A program made the translations under genes and the position numbers. Positions 1 to 7,819 of a stretch of DNA of 21,992 nucleotides are shown one piece after another. The notes below the pieces were generated by a model. That model worked only from the letters and a program-made list of their open reading frames with translations. It was not told the origin of the DNA and did not search any database. Each line of letters begins with the position of its first letter. Positions within the stretch are counted from its first letter, which is position 1. Source of the DNA: an uncultured virus (IMG/VR IMGVR_UViG_3300045955_000385) (lineage: Duplodnaviria; Heunggongvirae; Uroviricota; Caudoviricetes); the IMG/VR virus record IMGVR_UViG_3300045955_000385. The stretch is one strand, 5' to 3'.

Positions 1-238
1 AATTTTTGGGAGAGTCAGGCCGATACCCTTCGAAATACTCCGGATGATTCATGGTCCAGACAATCTCTCTGGCGTTTTCCAAACCGATGTCGATCTCCAC
101 GATATAGCGCATAGCCTGCTCAATAGTACTAAAAATCCCGCAAGGGAAATATGGTGTCTCAGTAACATCAGTTTCTTGAGCCAAAACGCTCAGCGGACCA
201 CACGTCAACAACCACAATCGCTGCTCTCCATTGCTCAT
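1..238 (-). CDS. Hypothetical phage protein, truncated by the window edge (MSNGEQRLWLLTCG...GIFSTIEQAMRYI...)
   Basis: Translated by hand and absent from the ORF track. The ATG at 238 directly abuts the stop of the 239..448 gene and the frame stays open to base 1. Confidence 0.55.
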   Translation of the reverse strand, partial: MSNGEQRLWLLTCGPLSVLAQETDVTETPYFPCGIFSTIEQAMRYIVEIDIGLENAREIVWTMNHPEYFEGYRPDSPKN

Positions 239-448
239 CTAGTCGACCTTTGGTGGGCACAGCGTAATACGCGGTCTGACCGATTCCCGTGTGCCATGGC
301 GGGCAAAGTGGAACTCCAGGCTGCCCTGATCGCAGGCGTTAATCAACTCGGCATCCCTCAAAATGAGGCTGATCATGCTCTGCACGCGGGGTGCCAGCGC
401 GGTCATATCCACGCAGTGGACCTGGGTGGTGAGTTTGATGACTTTCAT
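239..448 (-). CDS. Small hypothetical protein, 69 aa
   Basis: ATGA overlap with the terminase stop codon suggests translational coupling. Confidence 0.65.
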   Translation of the reverse strand: MKVIKLTTQVHCVDMTALAPRVQSMISLILRDAELINACDQGSLEFHFARHGTRESVRPRITLCPPKVD

Positions 449-2121
449 AGCACTGTGATAATCCCACGACTATCGTAGACAGAACCATCCTCCGGCCGCA
501 CCATCGCACGCCCCAGGGCCATCACGAGGGCAACAACGAGGTCAATCTTCTTCTTACTGAGTGCTTTGCTGGGCTTCAGGTTATCCGCAGGGTCCTTTTG
601 CACCGCCACATTGCCTACACACCACGTCAGGACGGGATGATTGCCATGGCGTATCTCATGACTTAAGATGAGCCGTTCTAGCTCTTTCGATGGGGCATTC
701 ATGCTGGCAAACCCCTGGCGATATTGGACAATCTCGTACCCCTCAGCCATGAGTTGCGTCTGCATCTGGGTACTATTCCATGGATCAATGCCAATTTCGC
801 GTATATCAAAGCGCTGCGAGAGTTCCCGGATGTCATGCTTGATACAGTCGTAATCTGTGACGTTCCCCTCCGTCACCCGTAAATAGCCTTGTCGCTCCCA
901 CATGGCATAGAGCGGGTCCCCCTTCACCTCCAGCATCGTCACGGTATCACGCGGTACCCAGGCATAGGGCAACACGGCATTGCCACAGGTAGGGAAGTAC
1001 AGAACCAACCCGCAGAGATCTGAGGTCGTAGCCAGATCCAACCCGGCCCAGCATGGCTGCCCGTGCAGATCCGCCTCGGTGAGCCGCTCCCCACACGCCA
1101 GCCAGTGATCCATCGACAGCCAGCGCTCCACCTGGGCTGTCCAGATGTTCAGCCGGTAGCGCTTAAACGCGTTTTCCAGCCGCGGCGACTGCACCGCGCG
1201 CTGAAAATCTTCCCGGAAACTCTCCAGACTTATCACCGATCCGAGTGCTGGATTCGCCTCATGCCAGACCGCCTCATCCTTCCAGCACGCTTCCTTTGCG
1301 GCGTCCTCCTCGACTCGGCGCATGGCCCACTCAGCGGTGCGCACATAGGCAAAAAACCCGTCATCCTGGACGCTCCCCTCCATCACCTGCATGGCCTTGG
1401 TGTGATACTCGTAACAGAGGCTCTCCGGGTCGACGCCAGCGGTGGTGATGATCACCTGCAGGGGCTGCCGCCTGGCCGCGCCACCATACATCAGGGCATT
1501 CCAGAATTTATCGTTCGGCTGGGCATGCATCTCGTCCATAATGAGCATCGAGATGTTCATGCCTTCGTTGGTACCCGCCTCAGCCGAAAGTGCCTTGTAG
1601 AGGCTCCTGGAGGCCACATCCGTCATATGCTTCTGGGATTCGAGGAGTGTGAGGCGTTTGTAGAGACCAGGGGACGCTTTCACCATGTTCACCGCTTCCC
1701 GGTAGACAATGGCGGCCTGGTCCCTCGACGCTGCGGCTGAGTAGACCTCAGCGCCCTCTTCACCGTCACCTAACAGACCATACAGGGCCAGGCCGCTACA
1801 CAGGCTACTTTTACCGTTCTTTTTGGGCACTTCGATATACGCTGTGCGGTAGCGCCGTGTCCCATCCGCCCGCATCCAGCCAAACAGGGGCTTGATAATC
1901 TCATCACGCTGAAACGGCAGGAGCTTGAACGGCTGCCCGGCCCATTCGCCCTTGGAATGGCGCAGGAAGGTCTCGAAAAACGTCACCACACGCCCGGCCG
2001 CCACGGTGTCGAACCAGCACCCATGCGCCACGGCCATGGCGTCAGCGGCGCTGCGGGTCCAGCGCTCGGTCGCACGCTTCTGGGCGGCGGTGAGCTTGCG
2101 GGATGAGTACGAAACGCTCAT
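445..2121 (-). CDS. terL: Terminase large subunit (HK97/Terminase_1-like)
   Basis: Walker A VPKKNGKS, Walker B LIMDEMH, ITTAG coupling motif, nuclease motifs GLDLA and KIDLVVALVMA. Start placed at ATG 2121 behind an AAGGA SD. Confidence 0.97.
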   Translation of the reverse strand: MSVSYSSRKLTAAQKRATERWTRSAADAMAVAHGCWFDTVAAGRVVTFFETFLRHSKGEWAGQPFKLLPFQRDEIIKPLFGWMRADGTRRYRTAYIEVPKKNGKSSLCSGLALYGLLGDGEEGAEVYSAAASRDQAAIVYREAVNMVKASPGLYKRLTLLESQKHMTDVASRSLYKALSAEAGTNEGMNISMLIMDEMHAQPNDKFWNALMYGGAARRQPLQVIITTAGVDPESLCYEYHTKAMQVMEGSVQDDGFFAYVRTAEWAMRRVEEDAAKEACWKDEAVWHEANPALGSVISLESFREDFQRAVQSPRLENAFKRYRLNIWTAQVERWLSMDHWLACGERLTEADLHGQPCWAGLDLATTSDLCGLVLYFPTCGNAVLPYAWVPRDTVTMLEVKGDPLYAMWERQGYLRVTEGNVTDYDCIKHDIRELSQRFDIREIGIDPWNSTQMQTQLMAEGYEIVQYRQGFASMNAPSKELERLILSHEIRHGNHPVLTWCVGNVAVQKDPADNLKPSKALSKKKIDLVVALVMALGRAMVRPEDGSVYDSRGIITVL

Positions 2122-2398
2122 TGGAGTCCTTATGACCTTTTGCAACATGACAGCGGAGGACTAATTGAGAGAATTTCTCCTTCGTTGGGGCAAGGAATAT
2201 CCATGGACAACGTGCAAGATTCATTTCAGCAACAAGATGGTAGGCATGTCTTTTGATATGACACCTTGCTCGCTCAACAAAGATTTGCCTGGTATATGAC
2301 AAGAGTCTACGCGAGAGAAAAGTTTGAATATACATCAGATGTGTCCCGTAGAAATCCATCCACGCATGCGCACGGAAGTCACACCCAGGGTCGTGCAT
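2042..2398 (-). CDS. Possible hypothetical protein in an AT-richer insert between terS and terL
   Basis: ATG lies 1 nt after the terS stop, but the ORF overlaps terL by 80 nt and has no recognisable motif. Confidence 0.35.
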   Translation of the reverse strand: MHDPGCDFRAHAWMDFYGTHLMYIQTFLSRRLLSYTRQIFVERARCHIKRHAYHLVAEMNLARCPWIFLAPTKEKFSQLVLRCHVAKGHKDSNERFVLIPQAHRRPEACDRALDPQRR

Positions 2399-2399
2399 G

Positions 2400-2876
2400 C
2401 TACGCCACTTTCGCCTTGCGCTTGGCCGTATTCACGAACTGATCCAGCAGATCACCCTCAGTCGGCGTGCCACTGGCCAGGCGCACCCGTGCCGCTGGTG
2501 ACAAGCCCAGGTCAGTCATGTACTTGTGCATGGTATCGAGGCACTTATGGGCCACCTGGATACTCGGATGCATGGTTTTTTGCCCGTTACCGCCCCGCAC
2601 AATCACCTCATCGATCAGGCTCTCTGCTTCCCGCCAGCGGGCATACACCGTGCAGTAGGCTGCCAGGACCGTCTGATCGACAATGGTGAGTATGCCAATG
2701 CGGTGCAGCTCACCAGCCACGCGGTGCCACTCTTCCAGGGCAACATCGGTCAAATAATCGGGGGTTGTAGGCATGCCAGGGGCAGGTTTGGGCTCTCCCT
2801 GGGGCTTGGGATGGTGCGTGCCGATGCCCTTCAGTTTGCGCAGAGGTGAGGGGACTGGTTTCCTGCCACGGGCCAT
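2400..2876 (-). CDS. terS: Terminase small subunit, P27 family
   Basis: MARGRKPVP start, A..EW.RV..EL...GIL...D...LAAYC, and LGLSPAAR.RL; lies upstream of terL. Confidence 0.95.
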   Translation of the reverse strand: MARGRKPVPSPLRKLKGIGTHHPKPQGEPKPAPGMPTTPDYLTDVALEEWHRVAGELHRIGILTIVDQTVLAAYCTVYARWREAESLIDEVIVRGGNGQKTMHPSIQVAHKCLDTMHKYMTDLGLSPAARVRLASGTPTEGDLLDQFVNTAKRKAKVA

Positions 2877-2894
2877 ACGTCATCACCCTTTATG

Positions 2895-2985
2895 GTTTAT
2901 TTAGGGATAAAAAGCGCGTTTGGGCGCGTCCGCTTTCCGTCGAAAGGCTTCCGGTCCGACCCCCCCCCCTCAGTCTACTACCCCG
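2895..2985 (-). other. Putative cos/packaging initiation region
   Basis: Non-coding gap between HNH and terS with a G-run, a GC-rich segment and a T-run on the minus strand, as usually seen in HNH-terS-terL cos phages. The cut site was not determined. Confidence 0.45.
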
Positions 2986-3384
2986 TCAATCGCTGGACAC
3001 CCGCCCTCTGTACCCCCGGCTAGCCCGCAGGGTGTGCTGCTTCCGTTCTAGCGCTGACTTGCGACTATGACAGGCTAAGCACAAAGGCTGCAGATTCACC
3101 TCATCATAGGCTAACGACAAGTCCTCTACGAGTGGCACAATATGGTCCACTTCTACCGCTGGCTCCAGCCTACCCCATGCCGCATGCACGCCGTAGGGGT
3201 CTGCACACAGAGGTGCCCGGTTCAGCACCATGCGGCGCAGCCGCCTCCACCTGGCAGAGTTGCGTACCTGTTGGGCGGACCACAGGAGGGGATTCAGCTT
3301 GCGTTGCAGATGGTTATAGGCACGATCATCGGCAGTACGGTCATGAAAGCGGTGGGCTTTATGAGAAGGGGGACGTGTAGGCAT
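2986..3384 (-). CDS. Terminase-associated HNH endonuclease (HK97 gp74-like)
   Basis: RWRRLR...PLC, VDHIVP, NLQPLCLACHSRKS; immediately upstream of terS. Confidence 0.92.
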   Translation of the reverse strand: MPTRPPSHKAHRFHDRTADDRAYNHLQRKLNPLLWSAQQVRNSARWRRLRRMVLNRAPLCADPYGVHAAWGRLEPAVEVDHIVPLVEDLSLAYDEVNLQPLCLACHSRKSALERKQHTLRASRGYRGRVSSD

Positions 3385-3428
3385 ACGCTCTCCCTCTGCG
3401 GCTATCCCTCTCCAAGGTGTATGCCGTT

Positions 3429-3457
3429 ATGGTATAGGAATGGGCGCGTTGTGTCAA
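3429..3457 (-). promoter_or_regulatory. Sigma70-type promoter for the HNH-terS-terL operon
   Basis: TTGACA-N17-TACCAT on the minus strand, 45 nt upstream of the HNH ATG. Confidence 0.6.
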
Positions 3458-3483
3458 AGGGGTATGCCCCACCCCGCCGGCGC

Positions 3484-3520
3484 GGTGCTTCCCCGGTGCT
3501 TCCCACATCTGGGAAGCACC
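3484..3520. repeat. Integrase arm-type sites, left arm of attP
   Basis: GGTGCTTCCC at 3484 and 3495 plus an inverted copy at 3511-3520. Confidence 0.75.
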
Positions 3521-3555
3521 ACCGCTCCATCCTTCTAACCCATTGATTTGTTGAG

Positions 3556-3602
3556 TACCCCCTACAGGACTCGAACCTGTGACCCTCGGATTAGAAGTCT
3601 GA
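3556..3602 (-). mobile_element. attP core: 3' half of tRNA-Arg(UCU)
   Basis: Minus strand reads anticodon loop CTTCTAA, TCCGA, variable loop, T-arm ACAGG-TTCGAGT-CCTGT and acceptor strand AGGGGGTA. There is no D-arm or 5' acceptor strand, and the site is next to the integrase. Confidence 0.9.
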
Positions 3603-3657
3603 GAGACGAGACATCCCCTCTAGTCTCCACAGAACTCCACGTATCGCTAAATACCGC

Positions 3658-3686
3658 TAGATTCGCGCTTCTCGTTTCTCTATAAT
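3658..3686 (+). promoter_or_regulatory. Putative integrase promoter
   Basis: TAGATT-N17-TATAAT upstream of the integrase gene. Confidence 0.45.
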
Positions 3687-3716
3687 GCCCCATAGGTCTC
3701 TACAAATCCCTACAAA

Positions 3717-3758
3717 GTGCTTCCCCGTGCTTCCCCGGTGCTTCCCCGGTGCTTCCCA
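3717..3758. repeat. Integrase arm-type sites, right arm of attP
   Basis: Four tandem GTGCTTCCC copies at 3717, 3727, 3738 and 3749; same motif as the left arm. Confidence 0.75.
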
Positions 3759-3772
3759 GGAAGGAGGGCGCT

Positions 3773-4996
3773 ATGCCACGACTGACGACGCGCATGATCA
3801 AGCAGCTCACGGGCTCTGGCGATACATTTCTGTGGGACGAGCAGGTGCCTGGCTTCGGGGTACGCTGCCGCCGTGGGCAAAAAACATACGTGCTCCAATA
3901 CCGCGTGCTCGGTGGACGCGGCAGTAGGCAGCGGCGTGTGACGCTCGGGCGCGTGGGGACGATCACCCTGGAGGATGCCCGCGTCCTGGCGCAGGAGTAC
4001 CTGCGGGGGGTGCGCTACGGGCACGATCCCGCCGGGGCACGTCAGGCCATGCGGGCGGCGCCACGCGTGGAGGACCTGGCGGAACGCTACCTGCGGGAGC
4101 ATGCCGACGTCAAAAAAAAAGCCTCCAGCGCCAGGATGGATCACGTGAACATGCGCCGGCACGTGCTGCCGGCACTCGGAACGCTGCGGGTCGAGACGCT
4201 GACCAGAGCGGATGTGGCCAGGCTGCATCACGGCATGCGCGAGACACCAGGGGCGGCCAACCGGGTGCTGGCATTGCTCTCGAAGATGTGCGCGCTGGCC
4301 GAGCAGTGGGGGTGGCGTGAGCCGAGCAGCAATCCGGTGAAGGGCACCCAGCGCTACCCGGAGCGCGCCAGGGAGCGGCATCTGGCTGAGGCGGAGCTGG
4401 GACGGCTCGGGGCGGTCCTGCGGCAGGCGGAACTGGAGCGAACCGAGAGCCCGTCAGTGATTGCCATGGTGCGGCTGCTGCTCATGACCGGCGCCAGGCG
4501 TGGGGAAGTGCTGGGGCTCAGGTGGGAGCGCATCGACTGGCAGAGGGGACAGGTACGGCTGGCGGATTCCAAAACGGGACCAAAAACGCTGTACCTCTCG
4601 GAGGCGGCTCAAGCCGTGCTGGCACACCTCCCACGTCTGGAGGGCAACCCGTGGTGCCTGCCGGGGCGGGTGCAGGGGCGGCCGCTCGCCAACCCCCAGA
4701 AGCCGTGGAAGCGGTTGCGTACGCAGGCCGCCCTGGAGGACGTACGGCTGCATGATCTGCGGCACACGTATGCGGCAGTAGCGGCGAGGGGTGGTTTGAG
4801 CTTGCCCATGATCGGGGCGCTACTCGGGCATCAGGAGGCGCAGACGACGCAGCGCTATGCGCATCTGGTAGGGCATCCGGTACAGGCGGCGGCCGAGCAG
4901 GTGGGGGAGGCGGTCAGGCGGGCGCTGGGGGGGGAGAAGGGGGCTGGGACTTCATGGCCGCAGACAGTTCATCGGCGACCCTGCGAAGTTGTTTGA
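3773..4996 (+). CDS. int: Tyrosine recombinase (integrase) with N-terminal arm-binding domain
   Basis: LWD...GFGVR arm-binding domain, TGARRGE, HDLRHT, LLGH, TQRYAH; AGGAGG SD before ATG 3773. Confidence 0.96.
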   Translation: MPRLTTRMIKQLTGSGDTFLWDEQVPGFGVRCRRGQKTYVLQYRVLGGRGSRQRRVTLGRVGTITLEDARVLAQEYLRGVRYGHDPAGARQAMRAAPRVEDLAERYLREHADVKKKASSARMDHVNMRRHVLPALGTLRVETLTRADVARLHHGMRETPGAANRVLALLSKMCALAEQWGWREPSSNPVKGTQRYPERARERHLAEAELGRLGAVLRQAELERTESPSVIAMVRLLLMTGARRGEVLGLRWERIDWQRGQVRLADSKTGPKTLYLSEAAQAVLAHLPRLEGNPWCLPGRVQGRPLANPQKPWKRLRTQAALEDVRLHDLRHTYAAVAARGGLSLPMIGALLGHQEAQTTQRYAHLVGHPVQAAAEQVGEAVRRALGGEKGAGTSWPQTVHRRPCEVV

Positions 4997-5300
4997 CTGC
5001 ACGTTGCACTTTTTTGACTTCGATCATGGTGGTAGAAGCATCCCTGATCAGGATGATGTCAGCTTTTCTGAAGGCCTCAATGGGCAAGCGCAGATAATCG
5101 GCAATGGCCAGCGCTTTGTCCCAGGATGGTAGCTGTGTACCTTTTTCAATGTTGGCAATCGTTGACCGCGTACGATAGCCCACAGCCGCCGACAGTTCTT
5201 CCTGCTTAATACCAAGCGCCTCGCGGCGTTCCCGCATGACGGTGCCAAAAGGATGCATAGTCTTCCTTGGCGCTCTACTGACAGTCGCTTTCATCGGCAT
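4914..5300 (-). CDS. XRE-family HTH repressor (cI-like)
   Basis: RERREALGIKQEELSAAVG...TIANIEKG...PS; divergent from a second XRE gene. The start may instead be at 5258. Confidence 0.88.
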   Translation of the reverse strand: MPMKATVSRAPRKTMHPFGTVMRERREALGIKQEELSAAVGYRTRSTIANIEKGTQLPSWDKALAIADYLRLPIEAFRKADIILIRDASTTMIEVKKVQRAVKQLRRVADELSAAMKSQPPSPPPAPA

Positions 5301-5325
5301 TGATCCATCGCTCAGATCCAGGCAA

Positions 5326-5436
5326 TGTCATCTTTAATGACACAAATCATTATAGCAACGGCGTACAGACATTGGTTGCAAAAAAAAGTCATTTGAAATG
5401 ACGAAATTTGCTGCTATGATGTCAGACATACTGACG
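5326..5436. promoter_or_regulatory. Immunity switch: three 17-bp palindromic operators and divergent promoters
   Basis: TGTCAT-N5-ATGACA (5326-5342), AGTCAT-N5-ATGACG (5387-5403) and TGTCAG-N5-CTGACG (5420-5436). Rightward TTGAAA-N16-TATGAT (5393-5420); leftward extended -10 TGCTATAAT (5357-5349). Confidence 0.8.
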
Positions 5437-5445
5437 GAGGGCATC

Positions 5446-5670
5446 ATGAGAGGGATCATTAGACGATTGCGCAAACAACGTGGACTGAGTCAGGCACAAC
5501 TGGCGCAGATGATTGGTAAAGCACGCTCAACAGTCACCATGTACGAGGTCGGGGCAAATGATATCCCCGTAACAGTGCTCTATACCTTGGCCAAAGTCCT
5601 CGATGTGCCAATTACCACATTCTTCACGGAAGAGCTGGTCACCAACGCCCAGGAGACCGCCGATATCTGA
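5446..5670 (+). CDS. Cro-like XRE HTH regulator
   Basis: IRRLRKQRGLSQAQLAQMIG..RSTVTMYE; GGAGG SD before ATG 5446. Confidence 0.9.
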   Translation: MRGIIRRLRKQRGLSQAQLAQMIGKARSTVTMYEVGANDIPVTVLYTLAKVLDVPITTFFTEELVTNAQETADI

Positions 5671-5686
5671 GATGAAAGGAGGAGCA

Positions 5687-6433
5687 ATGTCTGATCTCAT
5701 GCCCTTTGCCTCGCGCCAGCTTGGGACAGAGACTGTGCCTACCGTGAATGCCCGTGATCTGCATGCCTATCTTGGCATCACAAAACCCTATGCCGATTGG
5801 ATACGGGTGCAGATTCGTCGCGCACATCTGGCGGAACACCGCGATTATGTGGTTTTTCACTCCGAGGTGAAAAACCTCCAGGGTGGCCGTCCTGCCAGCG
5901 AACATCATCTGACCTTCGATGCGGCGAAGCATGTAGCGATGATGTCGAGTGCGGATAAAGGCCATGCCGTCCGTGAGTGGTTCATCGCGAAGGAAAAAGA
6001 ACTCGCGCAGCTTACGCTCCAGTCATCCGCCTTGCCACAGGTCCACAACCAGGCCCTGCAGGCCATCATTGATATGGCCGTGCAACTCGACCGCACCGAA
6101 CAACGCGCTATCCTCGCGGAAGCGACCGCGACACGCGCCGAAACCAAAGCCGATATGGCCCTGGCCGAAGTGCGCATGATGACCCTCGAAGATTTCGTCC
6201 TGGCCAACGGCCTGATGCGTCAACTACCGCAGTCATCCTGGCGGGAGTACGCCAGATGGCTGACGGAGTTTTGCCAGACGTATCTCCTGGACGTGCGCAA
6301 AGACCCCGTGCCAGGTCGCCTCTGGGAGAGCGAGAATGTCTATCCCGTGACGGCCCTTGGTGCCCTCCTCCACTACGAGCAGACACGCCCACGGCAAGTC
6401 ACCCTGCTCCGAGCGAGTCGCCACGATGCCTGA
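5687..6433 (+). CDS. Antirepressor (AntA/AntB-type N-terminal domain)
   Basis: VNARDLHAYLG...YADWI...GGRP..EHHLTFDAAKHVAM...G..VREWFI; AGGAGG SD before ATG 5687. Confidence 0.88.
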   Translation: MSDLMPFASRQLGTETVPTVNARDLHAYLGITKPYADWIRVQIRRAHLAEHRDYVVFHSEVKNLQGGRPASEHHLTFDAAKHVAMMSSADKGHAVREWFIAKEKELAQLTLQSSALPQVHNQALQAIIDMAVQLDRTEQRAILAEATATRAETKADMALAEVRMMTLEDFVLANGLMRQLPQSSWREYARWLTEFCQTYLLDVRKDPVPGRLWESENVYPVTALGALLHYEQTRPRQVTLLRASRHDA

Positions 6434-6707
6434 CTCTGACACCTACCTCCTCCCGGACGAAGCCGCAGCCTATCTGCGTGTCGCCGCCAAAACGCTCACC
6501 AAGTGGCGCGGGCTACACAAAGGGCCGCCGTACCGCAAAGTCGCCGGGAACCTGATCCGGTACGTGCGCGAGGAGCTTGATGACTGGATGGCGGCGCAGG
6601 CCGTGCTGCCAGGAGGGCCACCGCTGGACGACCTGCCACCGCCAAAGGCACGCGCGGCCGTGCACGCGCTGCCGCCACGGAGGCGGGGGAGTCGGGTGCC
6701 GCACTAG
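6426..6707 (+). CDS. Excisionase-like HTH DNA-binding protein
   Basis: LLPDEAAAYL.V..KTL.KWR...GPPY.K....IRY....LDDW; overlaps the antirepressor stop. Confidence 0.85.
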   Translation: MPDSDTYLLPDEAAAYLRVAAKTLTKWRGLHKGPPYRKVAGNLIRYVREELDDWMAAQAVLPGGPPLDDLPPPKARAAVHALPPRRRGSRVPH

Positions 6708-6765
6708 GAGAGGGAGCAGAACCAACCGTGAGTCAACTGGCGAGCACGTCTGTGGAGAGAGAACC

Positions 6766-7371
6766 GTGAGTCGTTCGACAACCACTCCTGGTGGAGCATT
6801 ACTTGGCTACGTCGGCCGACAGCCCGGCACCCCGGTACGCGCCTCCGATACCTGGCGCACGCCGCAGCGCTACATCGAAAGTGCCAGGATCGCCATGGGA
6901 TCCATCGACCTCGATCCGTTTTCCTCTCACGACGCCAATGAGGCGGTGCGCGCCACGTACTTTTTTACGCCGGAGAGTTCAGCGCTGAGCCGGCGCTGGT
7001 GTCCGCCGTCACGGCGGCGGCGTTTCCCCCACGGGCTCAACGTCTGGATGAACCCCCCCTATAGCGCCCAGATGATCGGTGAGATCTCCCAGGTCTTTCA
7101 GCAGGCGTGGGAGCTTGGCGACATTCACCAGGCCGTGGTGCTGCTCAACAACGCCACGGAGACCCGCTGGTTTCAGCAGATGCGTGCACTGGCAACCGCC
7201 GTGTGCTTTCCCACGGGCCGCATTGCCTTTGTGGCGCGGGATGGGGCGGAAATCCCCGGCAACACGCGTGGCCAGGTGTTTTTATACATGGGCGGACAGC
7301 ACGCCGCATTTATCAAGGAGTTTAGCAGCTATGGCTGGACAATCGACCGGGAGACCGGCTGGCGCGCCTGA
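6766..7371 (+). CDS. Phage Dam-like N6-adenine DNA methyltransferase
   Basis: DTWRTP, IDLDPFS, VWMNPPYS, NATETRWFQ, GRIAF; GTG start at 6766 after GGAG. Confidence 0.9.
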   Translation: MSRSTTTPGGALLGYVGRQPGTPVRASDTWRTPQRYIESARIAMGSIDLDPFSSHDANEAVRATYFFTPESSALSRRWCPPSRRRRFPHGLNVWMNPPYSAQMIGEISQVFQQAWELGDIHQAVVLLNNATETRWFQQMRALATAVCFPTGRIAFVARDGAEIPGNTRGQVFLYMGGQHAAFIKEFSSYGWTIDRETGWRA

Positions 7372-7819
7372 TGAGCAAGGACGTCGTGCCAACGAAAGTA
7401 GCAAGCGTCTCCTCAAAGACGTTTTCAACAAGCTCCAGCAGTGCGGCTATGAAGCGCATCCGAGCGTCTCCGCGTTCTGGCGCGGGGCGCCGTACTTTGT
7501 CCCCAACTACGAGGGGGAATTTACCAACCTCTACGGCATGCCCATGAAAGTCGACTTTCTCGTCTGGCATCCGACTAAGCACCCCAGGCGGCTCTTGCTC
7601 AAGGCCAAATATCAGGCCAGCTCAGGGTCGATTGACGAAAAGTTCCCTTATCTGGTGCAGTCGCTCAAGGCAACGGGCGTCCCTGCCTTGTTATTGGTTG
7701 TCGGCGGCGGAGCCAAAGACCAGGCCCTCGATTGGCTGCGCGCCCAACAAGACGCGAGTTTCACCGTCATGACCCAGGTGGAAGCGTTTATGGACTACGC
7801 CAACAAAGGACGCCTGTAG
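7371..7819 (+). pseudogene. PD-(D/E)XK-family nuclease, apparently disrupted
   Basis: QGRRAN...LYG....DF...HP.KHP..L..xxKYQ.SSGSIDEKFPYL...GGG matches a PD-(D/E)XK family from memory. The coupled ATG at 7371 is out of frame by one base and the ExK motif reads KAK. Confidence 0.65.

Noticed and set aside
3556..3630. Complete tRNA-Arg gene
   Set aside because: Only the anticodon loop to acceptor 3' strand is present. There is no D-arm or 5' acceptor strand and the anticodon stem has a mismatch, so it is treated as an att core.
4112..4120. A9 tract in the integrase as a programmed frameshift or phase-variation site
   Set aside because: The frame is intact (KKK in a plausible position) and nothing else supports it.
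4914..4996. 83-nt convergent overlap of integrase and repressor as a regulatory device
   Set aside because: Both overlapping tails are low-information extensions; antisense control is possible but unsupported.
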